26,768 bases of DNA from a virus (Duplodnaviria; Caudoviricetes), in the IMG/VR virus record IMGVR_UViG_3300049164_000015, positions 1 through 26,768 of that record. The stretch is one strand, 5' to 3'. Below, one piece after another: positions 24,862 to 26,768 of the stretch (its first letter is position 1; each line of letters starts with the position of its first letter). Both the position numbers and the translations under genes were made by a program. The notes under the pieces were generated by a model. That model was given only the letters and a program-made list of their open reading frames with translations, did no database searches and was not told the DNA's origin.

Positions 24862-24921
24862 ACTGCAATTTTGCAGACTTGGGCGAACGACTTGCAGTTT
24901 GGGTGCCGTGTTCGTCACACT
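24862..24921 (+). promoter_or_regulatory. Divergent promoter with CTGCAA/TTGCAG inverted repeats (probable Xre operator)
   Basis: ACTGCAA-TT-TTGCAG and TTGCAGT; TTGCAG-N18-CACACT. Confidence 0.5.
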
Positions 24922-24973
24922 GGGAGTACCAACCCGCCCACGGTGAGTGATCACACAGCGTGTAGGAGGCGTC

Positions 24974-25219
24974 GTGACGCGCCCTGAACTAGAAGAACCT
25001 CCAGCCGTAGGAACTCCGCTGGTGGACACGGCCCGAAGCGTGATCGGCGAGTTCCGCGGAGTCGTAGCCGGCAGGTACGCCCTGCGCCCTCGTGGGGGAG
25101 GCCGCGAGTGGGACGTAGATCCCAAATGGGCGCGGGTGGCTACCGAGGAAGATCTTGCTAGTGGGCACCTTCTTCCTAGCCGAGTAGTTGGCTGGTGTGA
25201 GAAACCGGAGAAGCAGTGA
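24974..25219 (+). CDS. Streptomyces-type small protein (LRPxGGGREW motif)
   Basis: AGGAGG RBS, GTG 24974; motif recalled from genes next to Streptomyces Xre loci. Confidence 0.75.
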   Translation: MTRPELEEPPAVGTPLVDTARSVIGEFRGVVAGRYALRPRGGGREWDVDPKWARVATEEDLASGHLLPSRVVGWCEKPEKQ

Positions 25220-25437
25220 GTACCACATCTCTGGCCCGGGGGATGGTACTGAGGCCCACTGGTCTCCCCGTTAATCAGTACATCGAGTGCACTCGCTGTC
25301 TGGAAGCAAGCAAGGACGACAGTGACGTGACGGGGTGGGCAGAGGGGCACCAGGTCAAGAGGCCGGGGCATGACACCTTCCGCACCGTCAACACGGCTAG
25401 TTGGCTCCTTGTCCCCCGCGGTACGGATCATGAGTGA
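25216..25437 (+). CDS. Small CxxC..H..H zinc-binding protein
   Basis: ECTRC..WAEGH..GHDTFR; GTGA overlap. Confidence 0.7.
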   Translation: MSTTSLARGMVLRPTGLPVNQYIECTRCLEASKDDSDVTGWAEGHQVKRPGHDTFRTVNTASWLLVPRGTDHE

Positions 25438-25654
25438 CACGAACCAAGACATCTGCGGTGCTGTCGGCAAGCTCTCTCCTGACTTCATCAGGATTGAGAA
25501 GCAAGTCCTGGATCGTGACTGGTCTGAGGTCACTGTCACCTGCATCAAGGAGCCGCACAGCCCGGAGGAACGTCACTGGGGCCTTCTCGTCCTCGATGGG
25601 GAAGAGAAGGACGACATCTACTGGGAGGACCCTCCCCCTGAGCCCGCTTGCTGA
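25430..25654 (+). CDS. Hypothetical protein (C..C..H..H)
   Basis: ATG 25430 overlapping the previous gene. Confidence 0.6.
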   Translation: MSDTNQDICGAVGKLSPDFIRIEKQVLDRDWSEVTVTCIKEPHSPEERHWGLLVLDGEEKDDIYWEDPPPEPAC

Positions 25655-25922
25655 CTGCCCGTGCAGCCGGCTAGCGGTGGGCACGGCGGGAGCTGTGGGT
25701 TGAGACCGCTGAGGTAGGCCGCTCCCCACACTCCTGCTGTGTCCTGAACTTCTCGTCCCTGGTTGATCGCGCCTTTCCCAGGGATGAGGGGCCACCCGAA
25801 GCCCTACTCCCAATCCGCAGGGAGGTCGGGTGGCATAGGGCCCCATCTACTTCTTGCCCCGTAGGGGTGGGTGGGGCCCTTCAACCTGAAACAAAGTCAA
25901 CGAAGACTGGAGTTGGTCACCC

Positions 25923-26066
25923 ATGAGCGAGGTCCAGCAGTTCTTCCTGTCGCTTCCCCAGCTCGTCAAGCCCCTTGGCATGACCTGCCCCAACGGTCAG
26001 TGCGGCGGGACGATGACCAAGAGCGGGGACGTGTACGTGTGTGGTAAGTGCGGCCACACCATGTAG
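25923..26066 (+). CDS. 47-aa zinc-ribbon microprotein (MSEVQQFFLSLPQLVKPLGMTCPNGQCGGTMTKSGDVYVCGKCGHTM)
   Basis: Hand translation; GGAG RBS; CPNGQC..CGKC. Confidence 0.65.
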   Translation: MSEVQQFFLSLPQLVKPLGMTCPNGQCGGTMTKSGDVYVCGKCGHTM

Positions 26067-26135
26067 TGAATCTGTCTGAAGGACTCCGCACAGGCGGGGG
26101 CTGTACGTCATCCTGATGAGCAAGGGAGGTGGAAC

Positions 26136-26294
26136 ATGGAGTGTCCGAAGTGTGGTAGCACGAACGTGACCTCTACGGGCCTGGGAACGAAGGTCTGGAA
26201 GTGCATGAGGGAAGCGTGCAACAAGGAGTTCAACCGAGACACCGCGTATGCCTGGAGCACCGGTAGGAAATTGAACGGTGCCGGGGCGCGATAA
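26136..26294 (+). CDS. 52-aa zinc-ribbon microprotein (MECPKCGSTNV..WKCMREACNKEF..)
   Basis: Hand translation; GGGAGGT RBS; followed by a terminator. Confidence 0.7.
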   Translation: MECPKCGSTNVTSTGLGTKVWKCMREACNKEFNRDTAYAWSTGRKLNGAGAR

Positions 26295-26311
26295 GCGTCA
26301 TTGAAACAAGC

Positions 26312-26344
26312 TAAGCCCCCTGCCCTTGCGGGCAGGGGGTTTTA
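26312..26344 (+). terminator. Intrinsic terminator
   Basis: CCCCCTGCCC-TTGC-GGGCAGGGGG followed by TTTT. Confidence 0.85.
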
Positions 26345-26768
26345 GTGTTCCTGGACTCAGATATTTCATTCTTTCGGCAACATGGCCGGCCTCTTAGGGT
26401 GCCGGCCTCTATTCCTTCATTCATTCTCGGCACTAGAAGAGGGTCCAGGGTCGCCACCCTTCAGGGGGTGGCTCCCAACTCCTCTCAAGATCACTAGGGG
26501 GAGGGTATTAACCCTCCCTACAATATAGATGTCGGTGTCAGTTGAGGCATTTTGAGACAGAATGAAGGAAAACTGAGGCTCAGATCACACACTTGAGGCC
26601 CCTTCTTTCATTCATCCACATACCCAACGAGGGGATTGGGCATCTAGAACCCCAAAAAGAGGCCTGAGAGCCCCTCTGAGGGTCGTTTAGGGGGTCTGGG
26701 GGGAGTTGGAGCGGCGAAGCCGAGTTAGGGCGTCAGGGAGCCTCTCATTCATTCGAAACCCGTACGGG
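26345..26768. other. Non-coding genome-end-like (cos-proximal) region
   Basis: No ORF; hairpin array, TCATTCATTC repeats; on the - strand it begins CCCGTACGGGTTTCG. Confidence 0.5.
26527..26589. repeat. 63-bp diverged direct repeat, copy 2 (copy 1 at 1128-1190)
   Basis: Same conserved blocks as copy 1. Confidence 0.75.

Overview
The window is about 27 kb of a temperate actinobacteriophage. The host is most likely Streptomyces (SsgA-like gene, Xre/DUF397 pair), and the gene set resembles mycobacteriophage cluster A (L5) and Streptomyces cluster BD phages. On the - strand at the left are the start of a probable late/packaging arm: an HNH endonuclease, tRNA-Met(CAT), an aberrant tRNA and several unexplained structured RNA-like units. 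A divergent control region follows at ~930-1520. A long + strand early arm (1523-21357) carries an L5-gp71-like repressor, Cas4/RecB nuclease, DnaB-like helicase, two EndoVII-like nucleases, a split primase, C5 methyltransferase, exonuclease, sigma-like protein, class II RNR, ThyX, SsgA-like protein, Pol A, dCMP deaminase and a SLOG protein. This arm contains 8 exact copies of an asymmetric 14-mer, GTTGATTCGAGACC (operator/stoperator); three of them supply the -35 box of a promoter. Next is a large serine integrase with a symmetric attP-like site, flanked on both sides by paralogous ~35-aa RDF-like peptides that the ORF track misses. The right accessory block holds a captured Streptomyces-type Xre/DUF397 cassette, zinc-ribbon microproteins, hairpin arrays and a genome-end-like non-coding region. 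That region shares a diverged 63-bp element with the control region 25.4 kb away. All product calls come from visual motif recognition; no database searches were run.
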